Shown piece by piece: positions 11,245 to 25,111 of a stretch of DNA of 64,000 nt. The translations under genes and the position numbers were made by a program. The notes beneath the pieces were generated by a model. The model saw only the letters and a list, made by a program, of their open reading frames with translations, was not told the origin of the DNA and searched no databases. Position 1 is the first letter of the stretch, and every line of letters starts with the position of its first letter. This stretch comes from Protoeuglena noctilucae (taxonomy: Eukaryota). The stretch lies in the NCBI GenBank assembly GCA_958009085.1, contig OY253688.1, forward strand, positions 620,001 through 684,000, written 5' to 3'.

Positions 11245-12808
11245 ATGACGGGGCCCCAGAAGCGGTCCACCGCGCTCAAGGTGCAGTTTACGGACAAGGA
11301 CGATGGCGAGGACGACGTGGACGATGCTTCGAAGCGCATGAAGGCGAGGGCGCGTGCGGACGCGCGCAATAAGCCTCTCGCCGATCCACGGCAAGCTCGC
11401 ATCGCTTCGCGCGGCCTTTTCCCCCCGCAGGCGCCCCTCCTTCCGCCTCTTCCGGACCTGAGCCCGGGCCCCGCGCTTCTCCCGCCACTCCCGGTGCCCG
11501 CGCCCGCCCCGCCGGCCGAGCAGCCCATCGAAATCGTCGAGGACCCCTGGGTTTGCTGCGAGCGATGCAACAAGTGGCGCCGACTGCCCCCGGGGACGCC
11601 TCTCCCGGACGACGACGAACCGTGGTTTTGGTAAGGTCCTCTCGAGTCTTTTCCGCAGCGGCAGGCGTCCGCGCGGGGCGGGGAGATGACGGCAATGACG
11701 CGCACGCTTTAGGTCGCGCGAATACGCTTCGCTGCCGCCCGCCCGCAGCGAGATGAACCCGAACCGGCAATTCAGCAAATGCTCGGTCCCGGAGGAGAGC
11801 TGGCAGATGCAGGCGAGGCCGCGGGGCGCCGATTGCTGCAGCGCCGCGCCTGTCTCGCCCTCGCCTGTCGCACGCGCGAGCGTACGGATCCAAAGCGAGT
11901 CCCGGATGTTTATATTCGACTTTCTACCTTTCGCAGAGGCTTCCGGGCGTCATGCAGGACATCTACATCCCGCCTCCCGAGGCGTTTGCGCCACCGATGG
12001 GGCCGGGCTTTGGGGAGGTCAAACCGGGCCGGGGATTGGCGGCGAGGGGCCGGGGGAGGGGTCGTGGGCCGGGCAGAGGGTCGGGGAGGGGCACGGGGAG
12101 GGGAGGGCGCGGGAGGGGCAGGGGAAGGGGGCGGGGGAGAGGGCGGGGGCGGGGGCGGGCGCTTGCAGACGAGGTGAGGGGGGCTGGGGGTCGGGATGGG
12201 GAGGGGTTGGCATTAGCATGGATGTATGGGCGGTGCTCGGGTGGTTGTCATTTCTTGCTGCAGGTGTCCTTTGCACCTACTGTACATATCAGCCCACATA
12301 AAATACCCCCGTACCATGCATGAGAAGTACTGCGCAGTAACAGATAAGCATCATGACCCAATGATGTACTTTTATGATATATGATAGTACATACATAACC
12401 ATTAGCCTCTCTAATCCCTCTCTCTCTCCCCAGGGCGAGGACGCGTATCTCTCCACGCTGCCCCCCTCGCTCCGCACGCTGCCCCTCGACGCCCTGCAAG
12501 CCTGCCGCGACGCGTGCCGTGTACTGGCACAGAGCGGCCAGTGGACCGATCCGACCGACTGCCTCGTGAACCCATCGGCGCCCTTATCAGTGCCGCCACG
12601 CTGGGTGTGGTCCGCCATGCGCGAGCTGTGCCCCGACCAACACCGCGTAGCCGTGCAAGCGGCGGACGCGGTGACGGCGGCGGCGTACGTGCGGCTCTCG
12701 GGGTTCGCCAGGCAGCAAGCGGCGGAGGCGGCAGAGGCGTGTCAGGCGGCCATTGCCGAGGCCGGGAGGGTCGCGGCGCTGGCGATGGGGGCCGTGCCGT
12801 GGGAGTGA
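11245..12808 (+). CDS. CW-type zinc finger protein with RG-repeat tract
   Basis: WVCCERCNKWRRLP..PWFC|EMNP..CSVPEE (zf-CW) joined by intron 11631-11748. Long (GR)n tract at 12040-12160. Last exon 12434-12808. Confidence 0.85.
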
Positions 12809-13273
12809 GGGGGAGTGGGGAATGGGGTGGATGGGGGGTGTGCAGTGTTGGCTGTGGAAGTGAGGGTGCTGGTTGGGGAGGTGGCGCTGGCGATGGGGGC
12901 CGTGTTGTGGGTGTGGGAGCGAGCGAATGCGACCAAGGTCGACAGTCACGTTATATCATAGACATGCGTCCCTTGCCTTTGCTCATGGTTTGCTCCTAAA
13001 GCCTGGGTACAGGACCGTAGTGGGCGGTAGTCAAATGCTGCCATCGCCCTTCACTCTACATAGTATTAGTAACCCCCGACAGCCCATAGCTCTCGGGCCT
13101 CTACTCACTAGAGGTCGCCCATTCAATTGTTGGCGATGGACGTTCACGCGTCATTAGTATGAAACAAAACCAAACCAAACTGTAACAACGTGTTACATGC
13201 AAGCCGAAACTTGCAAACGCAGCTCAGCACTTGCCACATCCCCACCATTCATCAACCCCCCTTCACACCCCCC

Positions 13274-15966
13274 TCACACCCACGTCCCCTGCGTGACGCT
13301 CCGCACGCTGCACGCCTCATGCAAGTTACTGCACATCCTGACCACATCCGCATCGGAGCTGGGATCGACGTTCCTCGCCCGCAGCTGCGCGCTGCGTGCC
13401 CAGCAGGCCCGCGTCTCCGCCTGAAACTTGCGCAGGAAACTAGCGACTTTCTTGTCCAGGAGCGTTTGAAACCGACCGGAGGTGGGGTCGCCGGCGAAGT
13501 CCACGCGAGAGACCAGGCGAACGCCCCCACTGTCCTGCAATCACGAAAAGGGGGCCTGACATCCTGAGTGACGAAAGCACGGGCATGACATTTCCCATCA
13601 TGGCAGACAAGACATGGCCATAACTATTACTTCAATGATCAGTTAGCCCACCTCACACTCATCCACTTCACACCTCCTCTGCTCCACCCAGCCTCACCTG
13701 CCCCCTCACCCCACCACCATCACACCCCACCCCACCCCACCACCCCTCGCCCCCTCACCTGCCCCCCCGATCCCCCCCCCACGCTTCCCAAACGCCGTCT
13801 CTCCCCCAGACGTCTCTTCTTCAGACGATTCCCCGGCCTGCCATATTTGAACGCTCCCCAGCGCCACACCCGCCGGTATCACCAGACCGTTACTCAGCAC
13901 CGTACCCTCAGGACCCTCAGCCCCACGCTTCCCACGCATAGTCAATGTCTTCCCGTCACCGCTCGACGCCTCCCGAGAGCTGCCAGATGCCGCCGCCGTC
14001 CCAGCCCCCCCATCAGCCCGACAGGCCATCGCACCCGCACCCCCACCACCCGCACCCGCCCCGTCGTTGCGAGTGAAGCATCGCAGCAGGCGAGAGAAGC
14101 CCCCGGCCCGCTTTCCAGCCGCCTCGTGGCCCAGGAAGCCCGGCACCCCCGGCGGGGCCGTTTCTGGCAGGAGGTCGATCGTCAGAATGGTGACGTCGTC
14201 GTTGAGGCCGTGGGCGCGGCCCGTCCGACGCAGCTGAGCACAGGGGAAGGGATGGGGTGGTGTTAGGTGGTGTTAACTTGCTTTGCAAAGGCGAGAAAGA
14301 GGGTCAGAGTGGGGGCAAGCGTTGAGTGGCGGTGGTGTGATGGCAGGTCGAGTGGGTGAGCGTGACTGCTGTATCCTAAGTTTGCGCACACCCGCCCCGC
14401 TCTGCCCCATCCCCCCTCACCAGCTTGCGCCCCGCCGCCTGGCAGTTGAGTTTGCGCGCACACACACCCACACACAAACACACACACACCCCCACCCACC
14501 CACACACACACACACACACCCACCCACCCACACACCCACACATACCCACCCACACACGCACACTCTAACCCCTCACCAGCTTGCGCCCTGCCGCCTGGCA
14601 GTTGAGTTTGCGCACGCGCGCGACCGTCGCCACGTCGCTGCCCTTCTCCACGTCCCACAGCCCGTCCGTGGCAATCACGATCCGACACCCGGACTCTGGC
14701 AGGCGGTACTGGGCCACGCTGGGGGCGCACGTGATGGGCTCGCCCACGTCGAAGTCGCCAATGCCACGACTGCGACATGGGGGGTCGGGGTGGGAGGATT
14801 AGAAGGTAACATGACCTAACTTAGCTTAAACCATCCACTGCCAAAAAGCCCCCTTTTTCCATGTCCCCATGTGCCATGCCTGCCTCAACAAACCCTAGCT
14901 CGCTTGCCCCATCTCACTCGCTTCACCCCATCTCCTCACCTGACCGCCAGCCCCCCCGGCCACACCCGTAGCGGCCCGATGCCCGCATACCTGTCCCTGG
15001 CGACTCCCTGCAGCGACACGTCCAGCCGCCGGACGATGTATCGGGGCTCATAGGGCAACAGGCGCTGCCTCTCTAACTCGCTGTCATCCAAGCGGTGGTC
15101 CTCCGTCAGACCCACGACGTCAGAACCGGTGTCGACGTAAGCCGAGGAATCTCCCAGATTCGCCACCGTGATGAGCCACCCCGTCTGCAGCACGATGGTG
15201 CACGTGGCGCCCGACGAGATGCCCGCGGCTGCAAACTTGCGCTCCACCGCCGCCAGCGCCAGCGCCACCGCCGCCCGCAGCTGCGCCAGCCACTCGTGGA
15301 TCGAGGCCTCGTTGTCCGCCGGCCAGGGCCCCACGGGCAGACGCCGGTGGATTTCCCGGTGTATCGCTCCCATGCTGAACTGGGCGGCCTCGTGGCCGTT
15401 GTGACCATCGAACACCGCGTAAAGCGAGTAGCTCGAGCCGTCCAGCACCAGCTCCGTGCCCGATCCGGCCGCGGGACCCTCCACGAACTCCAGCTTGTCG
15501 CCTTTGGACCCCGCCGCACGCTCAATGCGGTTCAGGTCCGTCAGGGTCATGCCGCAGGCCGCCTGGATGGCGCGCGTGGCAAACGCCTGCCCGCGATGCA
15601 CGGACTCGCGCGTGGGCCATACCGTGCCTAAACGCACGTGGTGCTTGTCCTCGCCCTTCAGCAACCCGACCGTCGCATCCACTTTGATGCATGGGAGCGT
15701 TGAGCCGAAGTAGCGGGCCTTCTGCGGGGACGAGGCGCGGGCGAAGCATATTGAGGGGGCAGATAGGAAGACAAATGCCAGAATGAGGTGCAGGGGGCGT
15801 CGCAGGGCCGGCGCAGCGGCGGGCGGGCGGGGCATTGCAAGCGTACCAGGGCAGGGACCTCGTCGAGGTGCAGCGCATCGGCCGGGGCGCTGAAACGGCC
15901 GAACTGCTGCAGGACGTTGTTGAACAGCCCCGCGGGAGAGCTCGCGGGGCCCAGAACCGTCGTCAT
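13274..15966 (-). CDS. PP2C/PPM family protein phosphatase
   Basis: KGED, AVFDGHNG, SGATCT, VANLGDS, LTEDHR, GPLRVWPGGLAVS|RGIGD, IATDGLWD and NDDVT motifs across exons. Confidence 0.93.
14455..14565. repeat. CA/CAC-rich microsatellite in PP2C intron
   Basis: Runs of cacaca/caccca. Confidence 0.8.
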
Positions 15967-16525
15967 CGCCCTGGCCCCGCACGCGCAGCGCCGAAGCGAG
16001 GGGCCTGCTCGAGTCTGGGCTCCTCGATCCGTCCCGTGGCTGCGGAAGGGAGGGATAAGGAATTATAACGCCATCGTCGATGTATCCGTGCGCAAACAGC
16101 CGCATTCAGCACAGGGGGCCCGCACAGAACTCGATGCACGTGAGGCAGTTTTCCCAACCGCTCGCCCCACCTCAAATGCCGACTCCTCCACTGCGGGTTT
16201 ACAAGCAATGAATCAAGCGAGAGGTGCCTGGGAATAGGCGAAACGCCCGCGTGCGGCGCGTGGCTGGCTGCGGGACGGTCGTGCGACGGGGGAAAGGGGG
16301 CACACGGGTTCGTCAATGTTTATTTGGCAGACAGGAAAGCCGTACAAAGCGACGAACTCAGCCCCTGCCGTCGCTAAACTCCAGCGCAGTGGGTAGACCC
16401 CAGGTTTCCTGACACCCTCAGGCCCGACACTCTTGTTGCTCTTTCGACCGTCATGGGATTTCACGAGCTACAGAAGAAGCAGTCTGCACCTTAGCGCCGT
16501 ATGGGGACCCTCCTAGCATCGAGCC

Positions 16526-18138
16526 CTAGCACTCGGCGAGCGCTGCGGCGGGTGCTGCTCGGTCGGAGGAGAAGTGCAGCACAGCGCGGGCCTCCCGAGG
16601 GCCCCCGGGCTCCCATCCGTCCTCCACGCGCCGCTCAATCGCCTCCACGAACTTCTCGACGGAGCAGTCGCGGTGATGCACGGACAGCACCTCGGGCAAA
16701 GCAGAGCGCAGGGATGGGAAGGACACGAACAGGTAGCTGACGACCTGCTTGATCTTGTTGTACTGCGGTGAATGCACGACTCATCGACGACCGTCAATGC
16801 CCGGCCACGGATGGCATGACTGCCCCATCCAGCATGCACCACCATGCATCAACACGCCACCCACAGCATCACCCCATCCACCATGCCACCCTCAGCATCG
16901 CCCCATCCCGCATGCCCCCCTCAGCAACGCCCCATCTACCATGCCACCCTCACCTTCCCCCGCACATGCTCCTGCTTCCCCTCCGCATCAAAGCCGTCGT
17001 GGCTGACCTCACGCAAGTACGCGCGTAAAAAACCCTTGACGGCCTCCACCTCGTCGTTTAAATCAACTCCACCCGGTCCCTGTCCTGGTCCCGTCTCCCC
17101 GAACTCTGCCCGAATGCGCCAGAACAGCAAGGGGTCCTGCACCGCACCCCGTCCCACCATGATGCCCTGGCACCCCGTGGCGTCGACCAGCTCCCGCGCC
17201 CGCTCCGGCGTCACCACGTCCCCGTTGCCAATCACGGGGATGCTCAGGGCCTCGCGCGCCGCTCGGATCAGCGACCAGTCCGCCCTGCCCCGGTAGCCCT
17301 GCACTTTGGTGCGGGGATGCACAGCGACGAACGCCACGCCACCCGCCTCCGCTGCACGGGCATTGTCGAGGAACAGCCCCGTGTCTGTGAACCCCGCGCG
17401 CATCTTGACGGTGACCGGCACGCGGCCCCGCACGGCCTCGACCATCGCACGCACGCAGGCGTGAAGGCGATCCGGCTCTAACAAAAGACTCGACCCGGCG
17501 CCCTTGCCCGTCACGATGTTGCTCGGGCACCCGCAGTTCAGGTCCACCCGCGGCGCACCGCGCGCCACCATGGCAGCCGCCACGGTCCCGAGCATAAAGG
17601 GGTCCCCGCCCATGATCTGCACCGCCAGTGGCGTGCAGGATCCGTCTGCAGGCGCGGGGGTGGTGGGGATGGCATCGGCACGCGCGCCGTCACTGCTGCT
17701 GGCCATGCCACAGCTCCCCCAAGCCTCACCTGGACCCACGAGCTCGTTCCACACATAGCGCCGGCTCAAGGAGCGCGCCATGCCGCTCGCGGGCCCCGTG
17801 ACTTCGCATGGCACGCGGACGAACTCGGTGCACATCTCGTCCATGCCTCCGATGGAGAACGTTAACGCCCGCCGCAGCCTCCAGTCTCCCAGGTTCTCCA
17901 TCGGGGCCATGAATAGCGCCGGGGCTCCTCCAGCCTCGGCTCGCGCAAAGAGGCGAGCGTAATCGACGCGCAGCGCCCCCGCAGCGCCGACAGGCACCTC
18001 GCTCGGCATGCCCGGCACCGGGATACGGGCGCGGAGGACCGGCGGTACGGGAGCAGAGTAAGCCGGGTGGTCGCGGTATCTCCTGCGGGCGAGGGTCGAC
18101 GAATCGCGTGACCTAGGATGTGTGAGTGCGTATGTCAT
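16526..18138 (-). CDS. tRNA-dihydrouridine synthase (Dus) family flavoenzyme
   Basis: MAPME, CTEF, PLAVQIMGGDP, VDLNCGCP..GAGSSLL, PVTVKMRAG, VHPRT, PVIGNGDV, GIMVGRGA. One intron at ~16766-16953. Confidence 0.93.
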
Positions 18139-18436
18139 GGTGCGCTCTGCAGGTCGCGCGGGAAGCTCACTTGTGGCGCGCACCCGCCTCTACTCGTGGC
18201 CATCGCCTGCGCTGTCCGACCGCGCGCTCAACATAGCGCGCCCCGCACGAGTGGGAGGGGGTGGGGGCTCCTACGACCATTTCGCCCCGCCCGCTCGCCC
18301 GGAAGGCCCTCAATCCCAAGCGTGGCCATTCCGAAGTATTTCGTATCACAAAGTGCCCCTGGCATCAGGTCAGCTCGCTTTTTGTGCGACAGGAAGCGTC
18401 CACGGGGCCGTTACCCTTTTGCCAGAAGCGTTTCTT

Positions 18437-20216
18437 TCAATGCGGGGCGGCCCACCAAGGCTGACGCCCATCCCGCGCCCTACTCCTGTCAGTCTCGTGC
18501 CTCCCACTCCTATCCCGCTCCCTGCTCCTCCTATCTCGCTCCCTGCTCCTCTCCCTCCCTCGCCTCTCATCTCGCCTCCCTCCCCTCTCACGCTCCCTGC
18601 TCCGGTCTCGTTCCCTGTAACCCTCTCGTCTCCTGTCTCCCTCACCCCTCTCCCGCTCCCTCCTCCTACTCCGCTCCCTCTCTCGCCTCCCGCCCTTCTC
18701 CCGCTCCCTGCTCCGCTCCTCACCCCTTCGCCCCTCCCTATCCCCCTCTCTACCCCGCTCCCTCTCCTCCCTCTCCACCTCCCGCACCCACTGCCCCATC
18801 TCCCGTGCGCTCACGCCGACCCCCGACAGGTATTGTTCCAGCTGCCGCTCCCCAGAGCCCAGCGACCCGCCTCGCCCCCTCGCCGCCTCCAAGTCGCGGT
18901 ATGCCCTCGCCAGGCGCACCCGGTCCCCGCGAGGCAGCGACCGCAGCAGCGTCAGCCCCCCGCCTTTCCCCTTGTTCCCATCACCATCGACGGTGTCACC
19001 CTCACCGCCCCTACGACCCCCACCGACCCCACCGGTCGCACCCCCGCGCCCAACCCCCGCCCCTGCCTCCATCGCGAGCTCTTCCGGATCCAAAAGCAGC
19101 ATGTCTGCGTCCGCGCCCGGCCCCGGCCGCTGCCCGAGCATGCCGAGAGCGTCGGGGGCGAACTGAAGGCCGCTGTTACGAGCCAACTCCTCGCGGGCAG
19201 CCAGGAGGTCCCTCGCGGAGAGCACTGGCATTGCGGGCGCGCGGGAGGGGCCTGCGGGACAGATAGGTGAGTGAGGTGATGAGACTTCATTGCATGCCCG
19301 CGAGAGGGGCCTGAGTGATCACATAGCGAATATAACTGATAGCACTGCCTCACAGATGCATCCATGCTTCTACACATCCAGCTCTGCAGCAAATGCAGCG
19401 GTGGGCTCGACTGTGCAGTCACAGAGCCTCATGCAGCTCTCGCCTGCCTTGTCCCCCCGATCTGCGGCGGCGTCACCCACAGCACCGCCCTCCTCTTTCT
19501 TCTGTCGCTCGGCCTCAGCTTTCTTTTTCTGCAAAAAGGAGACTCAAACAAAAGACTCGAACAGAACAGACGGGTCAAACCAAGTGGCAGCACCACACCC
19601 CCGACACCCTGTCGATACATAACAAAGGCATTGCTAAGCCATCGCTGCGCCGCGTGGAGCACCCGCACCTCCCGCTCGACCATCGCATCGTATCCCGGCG
19701 GCTTGGTGTACATGAACGAGATGCTCTGTGCCGCACGCAGCCGCTCGGCCTGCTCCGTCGGCAGCATCGCCAGCGTCGCCATCTTCTCCTGCTCGGCACG
19801 AAACTCCTCCTCGCCGCGAATGCGGGCCTTCTCGCGCTGAATGTGCTCCTGCTCCTTTTCGTAAAGCCGTGCCATGACTGCGGGGGCGAGCGAGGCGCGG
19901 GTGAGGGTGAACGGTGAAGCGCACACGCCTTCGACATGAACCTGAGCGCCTGTGAGACAGAGTGGCGTCACGTTGCGGTCGCTGTTCAGGCAGATGGAGC
20001 GCAGGTGTACAGTTGAGAGAGGGAGAGACAGCGGTCATGCGGGAGGGGCTCCCACTGCACCTGACACTCGCCTGAGAAATTGAGCGGATGCCACGGCTTG
20101 TGGTTCAGGAAGTTGTGAGTGTATCGCGAGACGGAGTTGACGGTCATTCCGATCCCCGCCTCCCGTGCTTCCTTCATGTCGTCCCGCACGCCCTGCACCG
20201 CGCCCCGCGACGGCAT
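18437..20216 (-). CDS. CIR1/Cwc25-like (Cir_N domain) splicing-associated protein with RE/RS-rich tail
   Basis: FLNHKPWHPLNF, EEFRAEQE, SISFMYTKPPGYD, and an Arg/Glu/Ser dipeptide-rich C-terminus. Confidence 0.75.
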
Positions 20217-20912
20217 CTTGTGCCGGGGCTTCAGCCTGCATCGAAGGTCGAGGGATAAAGCAACTCGTGGAGAACGCAGATGCCCGATGCGGTGCGTCTC
20301 TGAGGCGCGGGATGGCGACTCACGGGTCCGGCTCAGAGTTGGGAGGTTTGGCGCTCATGGCTGCCGCTCCACGCCTGCTAGAACGGCGCGGCCGGTACTC
20401 TCACAACTACCAGGACTCGCGCGCTTGCCAAATCGACCCGTCGATGACGGAGGGGGCTGTGCTGGAACCGCTGCGCTCGAGCCGAGGAGCACGCCGCTGC
20501 GACGAGGGTGAAGTGTACTCGCGTCCTTTGGCGTGGTTGAAGAACAGGAATGCGCGATATGTGGACACAGCGAATGGATCTCCGCGCCTGGACAGCGACT
20601 GGCACGGCTCGACACGCGCTGCGCCGACGCCAGTCCCCCGCTGCGGTGCTGTTTCGAACCCCGCCGGTCTATCAGCACCTCACATTTCTCTCGAAGCATG
20701 CATGCCTGACAAAGTTGAGGACGCTGGTTGGGTCTCTCGCCGCATCAAGGCCTTTGATCGGCGCAGCTGTCGTTTGAGACCCTCGCCGCCTCACGCTCGC
20801 CAAATCTGGCTGTCCTGTGCTGCGCACCTTTGTCTAGCGGAGAGTATGGGTCCGGTTCCCTCCCGGCCCTAGGCGGCGGCCGCGGAGAGCTCGGCGCAGC
20901 ACGCTGCGTGCG

Positions 20913-23900
20913 ATGAGCCAGTCCGACCCTGGAGCGCGCCTGAAGCAGGGCGCGGCGGCAGCGACCGCATCCTCGCAGAGCTGCGCTGCGCTGGCGGATG
21001 AGGTGGTCAGGGCCGCCGCGCAGGGGCTCGCGAGGTGATGGCATCTCTGCGCGCGTGCATTTCCCTTTCCAATGCTCCGCGAAATTCGACCGCGGGCAGG
21101 CCCGTCCTGCCCGTGACTCGTTCGTAATCTCTTTCTTTTATCCCGCGCAGGCTCGCTGTGCTGGCCTCCGCGTGCTTGGAGCACTGCGCGGCCCTGCTGA
21201 TCTCCGACCTGCGGCAGCTGCACGACTCCTGCGTCCTCGTCTCGAGTCTCTGGTGAGCGTCCCGCGCATCTCGCGAAGTAAACGAAGCTTTCGTTCTTCC
21301 GCGTTCAGCTGCGCCTTCCACAATCGATGGATGGCATCAATGGCATCAATGGCAGGATGACACGTGGCCCTGCCTGCAGTGATGCTGTGCTGGGCAGCCT
21401 TCGCGACGATGCGCTGCCGGAGGAAGGAGCCAGGACCCTTGCCGCTCTCGTGGACTGCGTCGCGCGCTGCAACGCCGCGGTTCGTCGCTTCCTCGAGCCA
21501 GGCCGCCCCGGCACCCACTCGCACACTCCCGCACCCGACGCCCCCGCCATCACCAGCGTCCTGCGCGCGACCACGGACAGCTTGCGCCTCGCCGACACGT
21601 GCCTGCTCTCCGATCGGTACCTGCAGGCTGTGGGGCCCGAGCTGGGCCAGCAGGCGTGGTGAGCGAGCCATGCCACTATGTCACCATGACTGCTACCCCT
21701 CTGCTCATCTCCTCGACGGCGTATGTGGGCTAGGACCAGTGACCATGTCATCATGTGACGTAAGTTCAAAGCACGATCACCAACCGCACCCGCAGTGGCA
21801 CCCTGCGAGGGATGGTCCGCGACGATCTGGGCCCGGTGCTGGCGGCCGTGGCGGCGCTCCCGGCTGCTTGGCCCGCTCCGGGCGGCGGCGGGGACGCGAG
21901 CGCGGAAGCCCATGCGAACGCGGGCCCCGCGCTGCTGCGCCTGCACGCGATGGCTGCGGCTGCCGCAGACGTCATTGCGGGAAGACACGGGGCCAGCGGG
22001 GTGCAGCAGCTGCGGAGCTTCGCGACGCTCAATGCTCTGTGGGTGGCGCTCGTGGCGGCCCTCGCCAGCGCCCACGCCAGCGTCACGGACGCCCTCGCAC
22101 GCGGGGCCGTCCCTGGCGCTCCCTTCACCCCACGCGTGATGTCCCACGTCCTGGGCCTGCTGGCCGACGCACGCACCGACTATCTCGCATCCGGTGAGCC
22201 GCTCTGCTCACGGACATTGTATCGATGCCAATGGCATGCGGATAGTATCTGTTCATACAGACACACCCCCACCCCCGCCCCATCTCAGCCCCGCTCCCTG
22301 TCTCAGCCCTGCTCCCTTGCCTCCCCATCGCAGGCTCGGACGCCCACGTCCGCGTCATGCGGTTCTGGATGCAGCACTACTTTCGCCTCGCCGCCGCCCA
22401 CCCGGCCGCCGCCGCCCTCGCCTTCCCGGCCCTGTCATCTCTCGCGGCTGCCGCCTCGTGCCCCCCGCCATCCTCGCCATCCAGCGCCGCTGTCGACCTC
22501 CACGCCACCGTCGCCCGCGTCGTCGGCGCCAAGCTGCTCCCCTCCGTCACGGCGGCCCTCGCGGCAGCACCGACGCCCGCCCTCCTCCGCCACTGCACGC
22601 GCACGCTGGCGGGTGCTGTCGAGGCTGCCCCCGCGCCCCACTGTCCCGGCTTCACGCTCGCGGCAGATGCCCTGCGCGCTGCCGCGTCCGATGCCGGCCC
22701 TGCTGCCCTCGCTGCCCTGGTTGAGGACGTCTGGGGGCCCATCTGGGCCCATGCGCTGGCAGCGAGCGCCGTGGAGCCTTCCACATCTGCGAACGGTGAT
22801 GCATTGGCAGAGGCCTCGCCAGTAGCTCGACAGGGCGAGGATGCGGAGGCGGGTGCAGGTGCAGGTGCTGCCTCGCGGCCCCCGGCAGTGCGGGCGGTGG
22901 GGGCGTTGGCGGCGGCGGCGCGTGCGGCCGCAGTGGCGGGGGGCGTTGCGTGGGACGCGGTCCAGCGTCAGCTCTTCCGCACCGCGACGTCCGCGCACCC
23001 GGCGGCGCCCTGGCTGCTGGTGCCGGTGTGGCGGGCGGGGCTCGGGGCGCTGCCGGACGACGCCCTCTCCCGCCACGCGTGCACCCTGGCCTCTGTGCTG
23101 CTGAGCGCCGCGGCGACGGAGGCGGTCCAGCCGGGCGCGGCCGGGCCACGCCAACGCACGCGCAACTGCGCGGCGGTTCTTGCCGGCCTGCTGGCCGCGT
23201 CGCGCATCCCGGCGACAGACGTCCCCGCAGCGCTCGCTGCCCTGATCCCCGCTTCTGACCCAGTTACCACGAGTGCAGTGTCTCCGCACGCCCTGGCCGC
23301 GGCCGCCGCGCTCATCGCGTGCCCTGACACCCCCCTCGCGCACCTGCCGCCCGCGCACGCTGCGAGGGTCATCCGAGTGGCGTTGGCAGCTGCGGGCATG
23401 ACGGAGCGTGACAGCAAGGGTCCTGCCGACAAGGGTGGGCATAGCAGTGGGGCGTCCGCTGCCGTGATGCACGCCTTCCTGTCCTCTGGCGGTGGGGTAG
23501 CACCCGGTACGAATGCGGCTGTGGGTGGGGCACGCGCGGCAGCCCACGCGAGTGCCGTGGCGGTTGGGACGGCCGAGCCTGCGCTGGCGCTGTGCCGGGC
23601 GATGGTGGTGGGGGCGGCGCGGGCGGCGGAGGGGGGGCCGGCGGGCGCGGGTGTCGTGGGGGCGGTGCGGGATGCAACGGCGGACATGTTGACAGCGGCT
23701 GTGGGGGTGGCCAGGTGCCATGGCAGTGCAGGGGCGAGAGCAGACGAGGCTTGGGGTCGCGCGGCGGCAGAGGCGCTGCGGCTGGCCGTGGCCCTGGCGC
23801 AGCTACGGCACGCGCGGGAGGGTGACACTGGCCCACGTCGCGCCGCCGACCCCGTCGCGACCATCGACGGCATCCTGCGCCACTCCGGCACTGTGCTGGC

Positions 23901-25111
23901 CTCGGACCCCGCGACGCTGCCTGCCCTGGCCGAGGCAGTGGCTTACAGGTGCCTTGTTGGCGGGCTTGCGTGTGCCACATGCTATGCTCCCCGCCAAGCC
24001 ACGCGCTCTGAGCCGCGGCATCGTGCCCTCCTTGCGCCATGCCGTTTCACGACAAAGCCCTACCCTTTTCATTCGCCCTGCCCCGCAGTTCCCCGGCCTG
24101 CCAGGCGCACGCCCGTGCCACGTGGGACGCCGCGTTGGGCACAGGCGACCCAGCCCTCTCCCACGCAGCCACGTGCTCGCTGACGCTGCTCCGGCACCTC
24201 CAACAGGTGCGAGCGCGAAGTGCTATGAGTGATACAATACTTAAGTGCAACGTAACCTCAGGGTCTCTACCCGAGCACCCTGTTCTTACCCTCTCTCGTT
24301 GCATCCATTCCCAGGCGGAGTTCAAATCCCTCGCGCCCTCGCGGCTCTGGGACTCTGGCAGCGCCGAACCCCGCGCCCCCACTTTCAAGAGGACCCTCGC
24401 CGCCCACCTGCGCCGCATCGCCAGCCGCGGGGCCCAGCCCAGCGACGCCCCAGATGCAGAGGTGAGATTAGAGAGACTGACCGGGTCAGGTAATAGAGAC
24501 TGGCATATTGGCACAGTCCCTTGACGTGCAGTACCCTGCCCCTCACCCTACGCTCACTCACGCCATGCTCACCCACCCACGCCCACCGCCACGCAGGCTG
24601 CGAGCACCCACCACGCGTGCTCGCCCTCCGCGACCCACCACGTGTTCGCCGGCCTGTCCCAACGCGCCCACGCCTGGCAGGGAGCGGCTGGGGAAGAGGC
24701 CAGGGCAGGGGCGGCGCTGTTGCGTGCTGCGGCACAGCGGCGGGGAGAGGCTCTGGATCCGGTGGGGCGACTGGAGGGGGCTGCAATTGCTCTGGAGCAG
24801 GTGGGTGGGGCACTGGTTGACTGCCGCAATGCCGCCATGGCCATTGTCCACGTTTCCCGGTAGTCAAAAAGGCACTAAGGCAGCGGGCTTTGATGTCGCA
24901 GCGAGCTTGGCAGTTGTCGCATATTTGTCACATATGGCTGAAACTCACGGGGCTTCCACGTCTCTCCTCGCAGTCTCTGGCGAGCGGGGTGGGGTGGGCC
25001 GGGGCCGAGGGAGGGGCGGAGGGCGCGTGGGCGCGGCTGCAGGACGCCGTGCGTCGGGCGGAGCGCGCGGGTTCCGGGCTCCGGGCTGCGGCGGAGGCGG
25101 GGGCGGCGTAG
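20913..25111 (+). CDS. Large Ala-rich helical multi-exon protein; possible FLIP/C1orf112(FIRRM)/MEICA homologue
   Basis: Spliceable exons from ATG 20913 to TAG 25111. Motifs TLNALWVALV, MRFWMQH..HP, PALSHAA and P..LWDSGS..F..TL..HL parallel recalled plant FLIP motifs in order. Confidence 0.45.

Noticed and set aside
15723..15835. Signal peptide/TM segment on PP2C (MPRPP..LHLILAFVFLSA)
   Set aside because: It lies within a good GT-AG intron (CTG|gtacgc..ccgcag|AAG) downstream of ATG 15966.
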